Source: Podarcis vaucheri
Lineage: Eukaryota
DNA length: 64,000 nucleotides
Assembly: GCA_965113315.1 (NCBI GenBank)
Contig: OZ220373.1
Direction: 5' to 3' (one strand)
The notes beneath the pieces were generated by a model. The model did not search any database. It was given only the letters and a program-made list of their open reading frames with translations, and was not told where the DNA came from. Positions 52,705 to 64,000 of this stretch are shown here, in pieces; position 1 is the stretch's first letter; the number at the start of each line of letters is the position of its first letter. The position numbers and the translations under genes were made by a program.

Positions 52705-53059
52705 TAAGATAAAGGACCCTTGGACTGTTACGTCCAGTCAAAGGCAATTATGGGGTGCAGTGCTGATCTCACTTTTCAGGCCAAGGGAGTCGGTGTTTAT
52801 CCACATAGCTTTCCGGTGCACGCTTCTGGTGCACGGAGGACCGTGACAAGTGCCAGAGTGCATGGAAACACCATTTACCTTCCTGCTGCAGCAGTACTTA
52901 TATATCTGCTTGCACTGGTATGCTTTCAAACCGCTAGGTTGCCAGAAGCTGGGACAGAGCAATGGGAGCTCACCCCGTCATGCAGATTCGAACTGCCAAC
53001 CTTCCGATCGGCAAGCCCAAGAGGCTCAGTGATTTAAACCACAGTGCCACCCGTGTCCC
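52705..53059 (-). mobile_element. Sauria SINE, older subfamily with internal deletion
   Basis: Colinear with the 24711 copy; head GGGACACGGGTGGCACTGTGG on minus strand. Confidence 0.88.
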
Positions 53060-53486
53060 TTATCTTCTAAGTAGGTACCTGTATAAATATAGATGATGTT
53101 GTTGTTTTGCATCCCCTTGGCTTGGTGCCCACTGCTGCAGTAAAACACCCCTAGGCAGATCTGGGCCCCCATAAAGCATCATATTGCACTGTCATTCTTT
53201 CCCCTGTCCAGTCTTGCAAGTCCTTCCTCACTGAGCCTTGATGAACTCATGTCTCTTCTGCAGCCCTGCTACTCTCCCACTCAGGGCACATATCTCATCA
53301 CACACATGCATGCATACACCTATTCATGCCAAAGCTACATAATGACTATGGTCCCTTTTGCTACACTGTATTTGACCCAGTGGTTTTGAAGATCTCATTG
53401 CTCTTTCTACATCTGAACATGTAGCTTATCATAGTCAATTTTGTTTAGATACCTATTTGGACATTTGGAACTGCCTATATTAATGC

Positions 53487-53930
53487 CATGGTTTTCCCAG
53501 TAGTGATGTATGGAAGTGAGAGCTGGACCATAAAGAAGGCTGATCGCCGAAGAATTGATGCTTTTGAATTATGGTGCTGGAGGAGACTCTTGAGAGTCCC
53601 ATGGACTGCAAGAAGATCAAACCTCTCCATTCTGAAGGAAATCAGCCCTGAGCGCTCATTGGAAGGACAGATCGTGAAACTGAGGCTCCAATACTTTGGC
53701 CACCTCATGAGAAGAGAAGACTCACTGGAAAAGACCCTGATGTTGGGAAAGATGGAGGGCACAAGGAGAAGGGGACGACAGAGAATGAGATGGTTGGATG
53801 GTGTTCTTGAAGCTACCAGCATGAGTTTGATCAAACTGCGGGAGGCAGTGGAGGACAGAAGTGCCTGGCGTGCTCTGGTCCATGGGGTCACGAAGAGTCG
53901 GACACGACTAAACGACTAAACAACAACAAC
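53487..53930 (+). mobile_element. Bov-B (RTE) LINE, 5'-truncated 3' end with open frame
   Basis: ORF 53488-53919 MVFPVVMYGSESWTIKKADRRRIDAFELWCWRRLLRVPWTARRSN...VHGVTKSRTRLND is the Bov-B ORF C-terminus; (CAA)n tail; 10-bp TSD ATATTAATGC (53477-53486, 53931-53940). Confidence 0.95.
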
Positions 53931-55170
53931 ATATTAATGCATACGTTTAAATAAAGATTGATTGAATATTCGTATCATTAATGTCAACTTAACACCATTC
54001 CATATATGGTTGTACTGTGATGTTTCCTGCATCCAGTGAAGCAAGCTGATTAACATGACCGACATGTTTGCGCCTGCTGATGCCGAAAGCAAAAGGCATC
54101 ACCTTTCTAAAACACTATGGGTCATCTTTCCCTTCTAACTCTAGCTTGCTTTTTCTATGTGAGTGAGTTGTGAATACAGGGAAACTGAAAGCAGCAATGA
54201 AGAGTTCAGCTTCTCAGCCAAATAACTGGGGGAGTAATTACTGATGACAAGCTGTTTAAAGCTTGTGGTCATGTACTGTCACTCTGTAATTTAAAAAGTT
54301 GAGCTTGATAAAGACTTTCTTGTTAGTCCCTACCCCCTCCCACCCGCTTTACTGAAAATGGCAGATTAAATTCACAGTTAAACCTGACCTTCTTTGGGAC
54401 ATTTTGTAACTGATATTCTGTACAATTCAGTTTCAACATGCTCCAGAAGGTGTTGTCTTCATTAGCGTCCAAGAAGACTTGCAACAATAGATCTTATGTT
54501 TCTTACATCACTCTTTTTCTTTCTTCCCTCTGCTTTCAAATGTCCTGCTGATTCTCCCCCAAATAATCAAGTTTTAGCCACTCATTGCTATTTCAAGATG
54601 CCATTAACACCCACTTTGTGCTGTTCACTTTTAACCCTCTGCAGTGTTTCCATAGTGACTTCTGGAGCTAAATAGGTGTACTTTCTCTATAATTTGGATA
54701 GAGGAAACAAGCATAGTCAGTATTTTCTTTACCCAATTTTTGTCTCATTTCCACTAAATTTTAAGCTGAAGTGCATAGGACAGACACATTTCATTTTTGT
54801 GTCTATAAGAATCAAAATGTTCCAGTATAGTTTATTCCTGAAATTTTGCTAGCACTTGAGCTACTCACAAATTGTTTGTACCAGATTGAGTTTCACATAG
54901 CATTTATATGCATGAATTTAAGTAATCCTGGCAAATCTCATAGACGAGAAGTTAACAACCATGAAGAGCTTTGTCGATTGATAATAGATGTATGAGATCC
55001 TACAATGAGTCAATTTTTGCAACCACCCAAGTAGAATTTGGCACTGCAGTAGAATCTAATATGGATTGGAACTACAAGCCACTTTAATAAATATTCTTTT
55101 ACAAGGATATTTGTACAAGATAATTAAAAGAACAACAATTGACCTCTCCCCCAATATGCATAAGAAAATA

Positions 55171-55663
55171 CAGTGGTACCTCGCAAGACGAATGCCTCGC
55201 AAGACAAAAAACTCGCTAGACGAAAGGCTTTTCCGTTTTCGATTTGCCTCGCAAGACGAATTTCACCTATGGGCTTGCTTCGCAAGACGAAAACGTCTCA
55301 CGACTTTGTTTCCTTTGTCTAAAAACAAAGACATGCTTGGCAGGGGGTTGGACTCGATGGCCCTTGTGGTCTCTTCCAACTCTATGATTCTATGATTCTA
55401 TGATTCTACATGTTTTGTTTATAAAGTTAATTTATTTTCCCTTCAATTTTTGAACTGCTCTTTACAGTATGTGTGACTTTAAAGAGCAGTTAATAAACTG
55501 TTGTTGTACCAAATTTGGCTTTGTTTGGACTTTTTTTGACCATAGGAACGCATTAATTGATTTTCAATGCATTCCTATGGGATTTCGTGATTCGCAAGAC
55601 GAAAAATTCGCTAGACGACAAAACTTGCGGAACGAATTAATTTCGTCTTGCGGGGCACCACTG
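55171..55663. mobile_element. Tigger/pogo-like MITE
   Basis: 22-bp TIRs CAGTGGTACCTCGCAAGACGAA / TTCGTCTTGCGGGGCACCACTG (2 mismatches), TA flanks, multiple subterminal TCGC(A/T)AGACGA repeats. Confidence 0.9.
55336..55407 (+). mobile_element. CR1 LINE extreme 3' tail nested in the MITE
   Basis: GGGGGTTGGACTCGATGGCCCTTGTGGTCTCTTCCAACTCTATG(ATTCTATG)2ATTCT; ACATG on both sides. Confidence 0.88.
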
Positions 55664-56122
55664 TAGCTGTTTGAAACCAGCCCAACTGAATAGCACCTAC
55701 CAGTGACTCACAATTTATTTGAAGACTTCCCTACCCACCCAAAATCTGTCCCTGGCTGTCTAGAGCTTTCCAGATATCCCATATGAGGACTCATCAAGGC
55801 TATGTACAGGTCCTTCACAAAGAAGCTTCTTGACTTACACAACCAGAAGCTGGGAAAACCTTGAGCTCCTATGGTCAATGCATTTATTTTATTTTATCAA
55901 CCCATTCATCCTTGTCTTCTCTTCTGTTGAATCTCTGGCATTTCTTTTTTCACTGTAAAAATGAAGTGCTATGAGTTTTTCAATTTCTTTTTCCAAACAG
56001 CAAGTAGTGACCTTCAGGCATGCAATTACCTTCCCCCACCAAATATTGAACAAATCCTCTTTCACTATCCTTGTTCCCATCTTATTTCCTAATACTGTCT
56101 CAGGGACAGGGATGCTCTAATG

Positions 56123-56258
56123 CAGGCTTCCTCAACCTCGGCCCTCCAGATATTTTTGGCCTACAACTCCCATAATTCCCTAGCTAGCAGGACCAGTGGT
56201 CAGGGATGATGGGAATTGTAGTCTCAAACATCTGGAGGGCTGAGGTTGAGGAAGCCTG
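56123..56258. mobile_element. hAT (Charlie-like) palindromic MITE
   Basis: Fold-back CAGGCTTCCTCAACCTC.../...GAGGTTGAGGAAGCCTG; perfect 8-bp TSD CTCTAATG (56115-56122, 56259-56266). Confidence 0.92.
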
Positions 56259-57134
56259 CTCTAATGCTAACTACTTCATTGGAACTCCAACTGTGAACTA
56301 AGTTACATGATAAACTTACTAGCTGCATGTCATCTCTAAACCATTACTGATTTTACTCTCTTTCCCCAATCACATTTTGAATGGTTCATTTCCCGATTCA
56401 GAACATTTGAACCTTTGTCTTTTAACACAGGAATTTCTTGAGGTTGAATTGTAAATGTCATACTACTGTATGAGTACTTTGATAAGTTGGATTAACCTAG
56501 TTCTTCTACTGCTGCACCTGATAATCATGCATGTGAATGTCTCGTCTTGGGTTTAAACCTATGGGCAAAGTGCAATGTCTTCTTCATATTGTGGAGATTC
56601 CCCACTGAATGCACAACACATGTATCTGCTTACTCAACAGAGTGATTAAGTCCCACCACAAACAATGTTATGCCTCATGAACACTGGGTTGTTAAGCTGT
56701 GAAAGGAAAACTGAAGCCAATGGATCACAACCCATGCTCCTAATTTGCTACTTCAGCTACAACTCTTGATCACAATCCCAAATTAATAACATTCCTGTCA
56801 CATCTGCTTCTGTGAAAGAACTAAGCAAACACACAAATTTCTGCCAAACAAAATGAATGAGCTATAATAGGAGCACGGAATTGGATCCGTTAGGAGTATT
56901 GGAACCTGAAGTGGCCAACCCTTCATGGGACACTTTCACAAGTGAGCAGGGCTGCCCACCTGTCAATCATTAATTAATTATTTCATAAAATTTATACAAC
57001 ACTTGATTGCTTTTTTAAAAAACCAACCTTCAAAGTGGTTTACAAAAAGATAAAACAATTACCTGATGCCATGTGATGTCAAGTCATTCAAAACTTCAAG
57101 CCAGGATGCAATGGCTTGCACATTTAGCCCTGAA

Positions 57135-57878
57135 ACCCACCCCATGGATATAAGACACAGTGGAGACAGAATTTAGTTTAAAGGTTAATGGGAAAATTTA
57201 GGCCACAACTTTATTGAATACACAAGTGTGACTGGTATTGGCTTAGGCATTAGTATCTAATGACTATAACTGACTCCTGCCCACCCAGCAGGGAGCCTGC
57301 AAGGGTAAATTACCAGCAGAGGGAGCTCCATCAATGAATATTGACTGGACTGGAGCTCACCCGTGGGGTTCCAGGGGTCCTGGCATGGCCCTGGCCCCTC
57401 CCTGGGCTTCGGACGAGATCCAGACCCCAGATTCCTTTAACGGAATACCCTATCAACATGGAGGGGCAGGTGATGGCCACACCTCCCCGCCCCACATCCC
57501 CTAAACCAATGCCTAACCGCCAAACCTTACAAAGTTGTGACGATTGCTAAGAGGTTGGCAAAAACCAAGTGGCCACTGCCAATCTGCCACACTGGGGAAA
57601 ATTTCTTACCCGGCCCCCATTCCAAAACAGGTGACCAACCAAAGTCCAAAGCAAGGACAGACACAACCTATCTAAAGGTTGGGTGGGTGTTTGGCAGCAT
57701 GAAGCAAGAGGAGGTCCCCACGTCGCACTGCCAATTAAATACCCCCAACCCCCAGCTCTTGCCACGTTGCCAATTGGCTAAAGGCCAGTGGCATGATCGT
57801 GGCACTATCCACTGGAGCGGGGCAAAGTCCCACCTCCAAGCTGGTTGAGGGGAGTCCCAGGGCCACCCACAACATGGA
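57135..57878 (-). mobile_element. Solo LTR-like terminal repeat related to 25481-26297 (tentatively Ngaro/DIRS)
   Basis: Shared blocks GGCCACAACTTTATT, TTGGCT(C/T)AGGCATT, CCGCCAAA and AAAGTTGTGACG at similar spacing; minus-strand TATTTAA and a CCAAT motif upstream. Confidence 0.55.
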
Positions 57879-59837
57879 CCCTCTGTTAGGAGGATCCAAC
57901 TTCCTTTACAGCTACAGCTCGAATTAAAACAGAATTCAAGTCACAGCTGTAAAGGTAGAATTGGGAGCACACTCTATCAAATTTGGTGTCTGTTCTGTCA
58001 CCATGTAGGGAAAGGTGGCTATGCTTTGCCCGAAACAGCAAACCACTTTGAGGGTGTGTTTTTTAAAATCAAGCTGTATATAAAGTTTATGAAATAAATA
58101 ATCTATATATAGTGATAATGTAAAAGGATTAGACGGGAGAACTTTAATTGGGTAGGTAACATTATCTGTGATTATCTCGCAGGCTTTTGAACAAGCACCC
58201 TGAGGACATATGTTAGGTAAAAGATTAGTGCATCTTTTTTTACAATGGTTTCTGGGTAGTTTTATGTAGTTTTATTCTGTAAGTTTGCTTCATTGTTTTA
58301 AAAGCATCTTTAAAATAAAAAATGCTTGTATTGTATTATAAATTTTTCAATGGACTATAAACCGAATCAAGCACAAGATTCAGTAGAACAAACAAACAAA
58401 TATCTTTCACTACATAAAAATATGAGTTTTATTTAATTCCACATCACAGCCATATCAGAATAGCTACTATTGACTTCTAGAATATCTGGACTTGAGTTGC
58501 TTGTCTCTGTCAGTAATTTTGAGAGGCAGCCTGTTCAGTTTCCTAAATGTAAGTCCCAATATGTCTTCAGGGAAACAATCTACACCTCAGTTACATGTGA
58601 CATTGAGAAAAGTGGGTAACTAACCCCTGCTATGCTTATGACTTCTCATCTAACACTCTCATTTACTGAACATTTATTTCATTTATTTCTTTCTCCCTCA
58701 ACTACATTTTGCAAAATAACACTTTTAGGATATGGACAGAAATCACAGAATCAGCTACGCAGACAATCCAATTACCTGATTCCCTTACAGGGACAGGCAA
58801 ATCCTTCTGGCTGAAGCCAGAGAGCAGATTGCTTCGGACATCAGAGAGTTTAACAGTCATTTCTCTCCCAAGATAGAGGATTAGTTGTAAGAAGGGAACA
58901 CAGTGACCATAATGTAGGAGGAAACTCACTTGGATGGGAGTGGACATCCAATCAGTGACAGAAGAGACAGAGCTTAATAACTAGAAGCACAAGGGAAAGA
59001 AATCCATTTAGTTCTATTTTAACATTTCCCCTTGCACTTTGAGATACTTAATTCCATTTGCTTCCTATCTTTCCATTTCAGCACCTCATTTGTCACTGAA
59101 AACCTAGAGCAATGCCTAGTGGTTCATTGCAACTAAGCAGTGGTATACACACAAATAATCACAAAACTATATCACAGAAAAGTTTAGGGAATGCTGGTGG
59201 GGCCTCTGGCACTACACCTTATGTTGGACTCCAACTTCAGGCCCAACTATCTTAGCCAATGGCCAAGAGTGTGAAGGAATTGGTGTCCAAAAACTTCTGG
59301 TGGACCTGAGGTCTCTCTCCCATCTCTGGTTTTGGGCTCTCTCTCAAGCTCCTACTAAAATTAATTGGAAACTTTTTAGAGCATTTGAGTTCTTTGTAAT
59401 CTTACCGGAGTAAAATGCAACCCTGTAAAGTGTTCCTCATACATGAAGCTGTCTTATACAGAGTCAGATAATTGGTACCAGTGTTCTAACTGGCAATGGC
59501 TCTCCATGACCTCAGAAAAACATACTTTAAAGAGAAAAGTTTTAAAACAGCAGTGCCCATGGCATCTTTTGTTTGACCCACTAGACAAAGACACTAACCA
59601 ACTATCAGCATTCTCTCTATCAAGATATTTTGTCTCTTAACAACAACAGGGTGACCACCATAAACTGGGCTAGTCTTCAAATCTTGAGGAAAGTAAGAGC
59701 AGCTAATTTCAAGTCACAAAGCTCAGCCACAATTTTTCTTCAATAAATACAGCTGGATCACAAATATGATTGTTTTAGGGAGAAGGGCTTTAGATGCTGT
59801 TAGCATGTGTTTTTCATTGCTTGGAAAAATGCAGGCC

Positions 59838-59885
<48 letters not shown>
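59838..59885. repeat. (TAT)16 microsatellite
   Basis: Pure trinucleotide run. Confidence 0.97.
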
Positions 59886-59886
<1 letters not shown>

Positions 59887-62223
59887 TTGAGGGGGTGATG
59901 AGAGAAATATCTCCCCTGCCCAGAATGCATAGAGAGAGAATGACACAGCTGGCTTCAGCTGGCTCTCTGTGGGGGGAATGGGAAAGTGTCCCCTCTTCAA
60001 GACAAGTAGTATTGCCCCCCTTCTTTTTATCAGTAATTGGGGGGGGGGACAAAGCTTGCCTCCCAAGAAATACATTTTGCCCTTTTGTGCTACACCACAC
60101 CTATTCTTTCTGGTGCCACCATTTAGCATATCATCAAAGGTGCAACATCACAGTTAGAACAACTCTTAAAAATAAATTAAAATGGTAAATTATATATTTA
60201 TGTTTGTTCCATTTAAAGAAAGCAGCAACAACAGAATTTTAAAAACACATGAAATTTTGTCTTAGCTAAATGCAAGGCAAAGGGAAAGGCAAAATCTAGA
60301 AGGGGAGGAGGAGAAACCGATTTAGACATATCTCCATTCATTGTGGGCTGAATGTATTGTTGCATCCATACGAACAGAAGTGACAAGAGGCACTTCTGAA
60401 ACATTACTTGCATTTGGAAAGGAAGGATTAGTCACATTTTCTACACAATATTTATATCGGTGTTTTGCAATCACCTCTGGATAGGTACGAGAGGGTTAGG
60501 CTAATTGAATCTTCCTTATTCCTATGTTTTGCCTAATCCTGAAAACAAGTGATCAGGGCTGCAGGGTAATTGTAACAAAACAAAACAAAAACAAGCAAAC
60601 AATACAAAAACAGACGAAACCGCAGAGGAACAATTGGTAGAGAAATAAGGCAGCAGAAAAACAAAACACTAATTAATTTGTCTTCTTGACCTAAGTGAGA
60701 TTTGTAGCCTTTAGAGGTGAGAGGCTTATGCACTAACTCGCTCCGCCACCTGGTACCCAGTGTTATTTTTATTACACTAGCCCAATTTCCTCTAAGCACC
60801 AATGTTCATTAAAGCCCCAGATATAGAAGTGCACTTCAGTTCTGTTTTATTAAAATATACAGAGCAGAATTTAGTGAGACAACTCCAGGCACAGAAGAAT
60901 AGAATATGCCTTTTTAGAAGAAAGGAAGAAAAAAGGAAATTGCAAATGTTAGGCAAGTTGATTTAGTGAAGCTGGTGGGAATAGGAAATCTGAATGTAAA
61001 AAATTGTGCTCTGTCTATTGGAAAGTAACACAGGGTAAAGTAACCTCTACCTTTCCAATATGCAGGGAATTTTATTGTTTATTTATTTATTTTTGCATAT
61101 TGCACAGGTATTGTTTTGCCACTGCATTTGCCAGTGAGGAAAGATATCATCTGGCTCCAAAACACCTTGGTCGGTTGAAGAAATTAGGAGGCATTATAGG
61201 AGAATAATGGGTGGTCACATAATCTCAGGCTCATTCTTAAGTGTTTATAATGTGTTGCTGTAACATGGATAGTAGCACAACATCCTATCATTATTTCTTC
61301 TATGCTTATCTTCAAGAAATCTCTTGGTGCTGCTTCTTGTAAACATTAACTGATAATGCCATACCAAAATTGGCTCCATAATGTTAGAGATTATAGGATT
61401 GCTAATAAATGACGACAACAACATCCTGATATAGTTCATAAAGTAGTAGTAAAGCTCAAACCAGAAATGACAGTCAACCATTCCTCTTTTTCTCCCTCCC
61501 CCCTTTTATTACAAAAAATAAATTTATTTCACACGTGCTTGCTGTTTGTTTGTCAGGGACCCTAACTCTTCCCGATGTCTTCAAAATGTACCATTGTTTG
61601 TTTGTTTGTTTTGGCATTTCAGAGATGTTATTGTCTTTTTCATTTTTGTAGTTTTTAACATTCATTGTTTGTCATCTGTCTATTGTGTCTGATATGTTTA
61701 TAAATTGCTTAGAGACTCTCTTGGCATTAAGCAGTATATAAATGTATGAAAAATAAATGTCTCCTTTTATTAGCCAATCTCATTTGGGAATGCCTTCCCA
61801 TTAAAATGTTTTAGTAAACGTGAAAAGTTTCTTCTAAGAAAGGCAGAAGGCTAAGTTCTGTAAAAAGTTGGGAGCAGCCACCTTACTAAGGTTCTATAAT
61901 AAATTGTCCCTCTGCTTGTTCAGATTACTGTATTTATTGATTTAGAGTATCTTAATCTTAAATGCATCTGCTGACCTCAATGTTACATGTACACAGGTAA
62001 GCTTGCATGGGAGTGCAGTGGTACTAGGCTATGACAAGGTATGGATGTGGGGTTGGTGGGTAGGAGATCCTATGATGAAGGAACTTCCACTTCCTAAGCC
62101 CCATGGATTGTTCCAGTCAAGGTGGAAAGCATTTGAGGGGTGGCCTTTTGGGGTTTTTGTTGTCTCTGCACCCCCATTTCCCCTAACACTGGTGTCAATG
62201 GATGATGAAATCACTATTAAAAG

Positions 62224-62459
62224 TGGCTCACTACACTAGCTTCCCAGAAGAACAGTCACTGTTGCTTACCAGGAGTTGGAGGGGCAAGGCGGCAGGGAAG
62301 TTAGTGCAGTGCAAACGCACTGGCGGAGTCAATCCAGTGCTCCTGCCAGTGTGTTTGCACTGCATCAACCTCCTCACTGCCGTGCCCCTCTCCCTCTTGG
62401 TAAACAACAAACATCCACAGGGAAGCAAGCATAGCAGCTCTGCCCTACCCAGTGAGCCA
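62224..62459. repeat. Long imperfect palindrome, probably a decayed fold-back MITE
   Basis: Nested complementary blocks TGGCTCACT/AGTGAGCCA, GTTGCTTACCAGGAG/CTCTTGGTAAACAAC, GAGGGGCA/TGCCCCTC, TGCAGTGCAAACGCACTGGC/GCCAGTGTGTTTGCACTGCA. Confidence 0.75.
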
Positions 62460-62747
62460 TTTCTGATTACTACACCAACTCCAGGGCTGGTATACTTTTC
62501 CATCTGTTGGTGGTGATGCTGGAGAAAATATACATAGATATTATATACTTAAAGGTTGAAATGTGTGTGAGAAGGGCTGAGCAAGTGAAGGCTGGAACCA
62601 TGAGAGAAGGAGGGAACAACATGTGTGCAGGAGCTATTGCTATAACTGTTAAGGACAAAGGAAGGAGGGAAAGATAAGAAAGTTGTGGTGCCTTGTGATT
62701 AAACCAATAGAAACTAGTAAACGGAAGTCGTGTGATATGTGGACATA

Positions 62748-63318
62748 CCGTATTTTTCGTCCCATAGGACGCTCTGTCCCATAGGACACACCTAGTTTTT
62801 TGGGGGGGAAATAAAGGGGAAAAAATCCCCTTTATTTCCCCCCCCCCAAAGCAGGTCAGGGAAACCGAACCAGGTCGAGGAACAGCGGGATGGCGGCGCT
62901 GCGCCTCCCTGCTGTCCCCTGAGCTTGTGAAGCTGGCTGATGTCTGCCCAGCGCGAGGGGCGCTCTGCTTCAGGGTGCCCCGCCTGCCGGGCGGCAGGCT
63001 GGTATCCGCAGCATGGGGAGCCCTGCGGGGAACTCCTGCAGGGCTGCCTTGGCTGCAGATGTGTTCCCGAAGCGCTGGGTGCTCTGCTTTCAGCGCGGCC
63101 GGCGCTCCGGGAAGCAGGCTACTAGCTGCAGCCTAGACAGGCTGCCTAGGCTGCGGATGTCTTCCTGAAGCCTGGAGAGCGAGAGGGGTCGGTGCGCACC
63201 GACCCCTCTCGCTCTCCAAGCTTCAGCGAAAGCCTGCATCCGCCCCATAGGACGCACCCAGATTTCCCCTTCATTTTTGGAGGGGGGAAAAGTGCGTCCT
63301 ATAGGGCGAAAAACACGG
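62748..63318. mobile_element. Tc1/mariner (Tc2/pogo-like) non-autonomous element with CpG-rich interior
   Basis: 25-bp TIRs CCGTATTTTTCGTCCCATAGGACGC / GCGTCCTATAGGGCGAAAAACACGG, TA flanks, subterminal CCCATAGGAC repeats. Confidence 0.9.
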
Positions 63319-64000
63319 TAGTTGTCCCTTTGCTTCCCTTTGCTTGTAAGTGTATAAATGCTTGTGCTTTGGTCTCATTTGGTGTGCCACCTGTCCACTA
63401 CATGGTCATTGAGGTTGTGCGACACTGACCTTGAAATGCCTAAATTAGCATCCTGTTTGACTGACAACTGGAGGCTAGATCTTATTGGCCAGCCAAGCTG
63501 AACCCACCAGGTATTCGGTATTGAATGCCAATATTTCCTCAACAGTGGAGAGGTGGTGGGGGAACAAAGGACATCTATGACCTTCTGAAATCTGCCTTGG
63601 CATGCTCCCTTTCAAGCCCTACAGCTCGTGATACATCTCCACCTATAGAAGTTTCTGCGGGTGCACTGAGGTCTTTGGGGGGGTGCTAGTGGAGCTCCCC
63701 ATTGCCAGTGGAGTGGCTTTTCCTAAATGCTTTTAGCTGGCTTTGGGCCAACTTTATGATTGAGGCCTTAATATTTAATCTGTTGTTTCAATTTTGTTAC
63801 TCAGTTTGAGAGTTTTAAGCTGAGAAGTGAGTTGTAGGATTTTATTTTCAAAAAATAAAGCATGGCCCGGAAAATAAAGTATACAAAAGTTGATCATCCC
63901 TGGCTTGTGGTATGCAAGTGGCTCTTATAAACCGATGGATGTTATACTAATTAAAATCTGCAAAGATGTTAGCTATCAATAAACATTTAGTCTATGGCTC

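Noticed and set aside
53475-53891. 138-aa minus-strand ORF
   Set aside because: Antisense shadow of the Bov-B ORF.
55171-55663. Short TCGCAAGACGAA repeats with spacers, superficially CRISPR-like
   Set aside because: Irregular spacing, bounded by TIRs and TA duplications in a vertebrate intron; these are MITE subterminal repeats.
59766-60188. 140-aa ORF with poly-Tyr (and antisense poly-Asn ORF)
   Set aside because: Produced by the (TAT)16 microsatellite; the remainder has no recognisable domain.
62748-63318. CpG-island-like segment as an alternative EDIL3 promoter
   Set aside because: The CpG-rich sequence is entirely enclosed by transposon TIRs with TA flanks; no independent promoter evidence.
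42334-64000. EDIL3 exons 1-3 (signal peptide, EGF1, ASDEEEPTSA-like linker)
   Set aside because: No matching sequence found by eye; probably upstream of the window, though a diverged 30-nt exon could have been missed.

Overview
Eukaryotic (vertebrate) DNA, AT-rich and almost entirely intronic. The repeat content (Sauria SINEs, Bov-B, CR1, L2, Penelope-like elements, hAT and Tc1/mariner MITEs) points to a squamate, probably a lacertid lizard (inference). The only protein-coding gene is EDIL3 (Del-1) on the minus strand. Five consecutive internal exons (129, 114, 182, 156 and 145 nt, all GT-AG, phases compatible) encode EGF2 with its RGD motif, EGF3 and the first discoidin (F5/8C) domain. They correspond to human exons 4-8 as I recall the numbering, and both gene ends lie outside the window. 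Almost all other ORFs in the track are chance or repeat-derived. Most notable unexplained structure: (1) two Penelope-derived minimal hammerhead ribozyme motifs in the sense of the EDIL3 pre-mRNA, one on each side of exon 6; (2) two diverged ~0.75-0.8 kb LTR/Ngaro-like elements sharing a long-range base-paired stem, with an apparent compensatory change, that overlaps their poly(A) signal; (3) an intron-6 read-through frame starting VTDG, resembling the mouse truncated Del-1 isoform; (4) an inverted pair of young SINEs bracketing the frame-symmetric exon 5. I found no evidence for a new multi-gene system. All family assignments are from recognition, not database searches.
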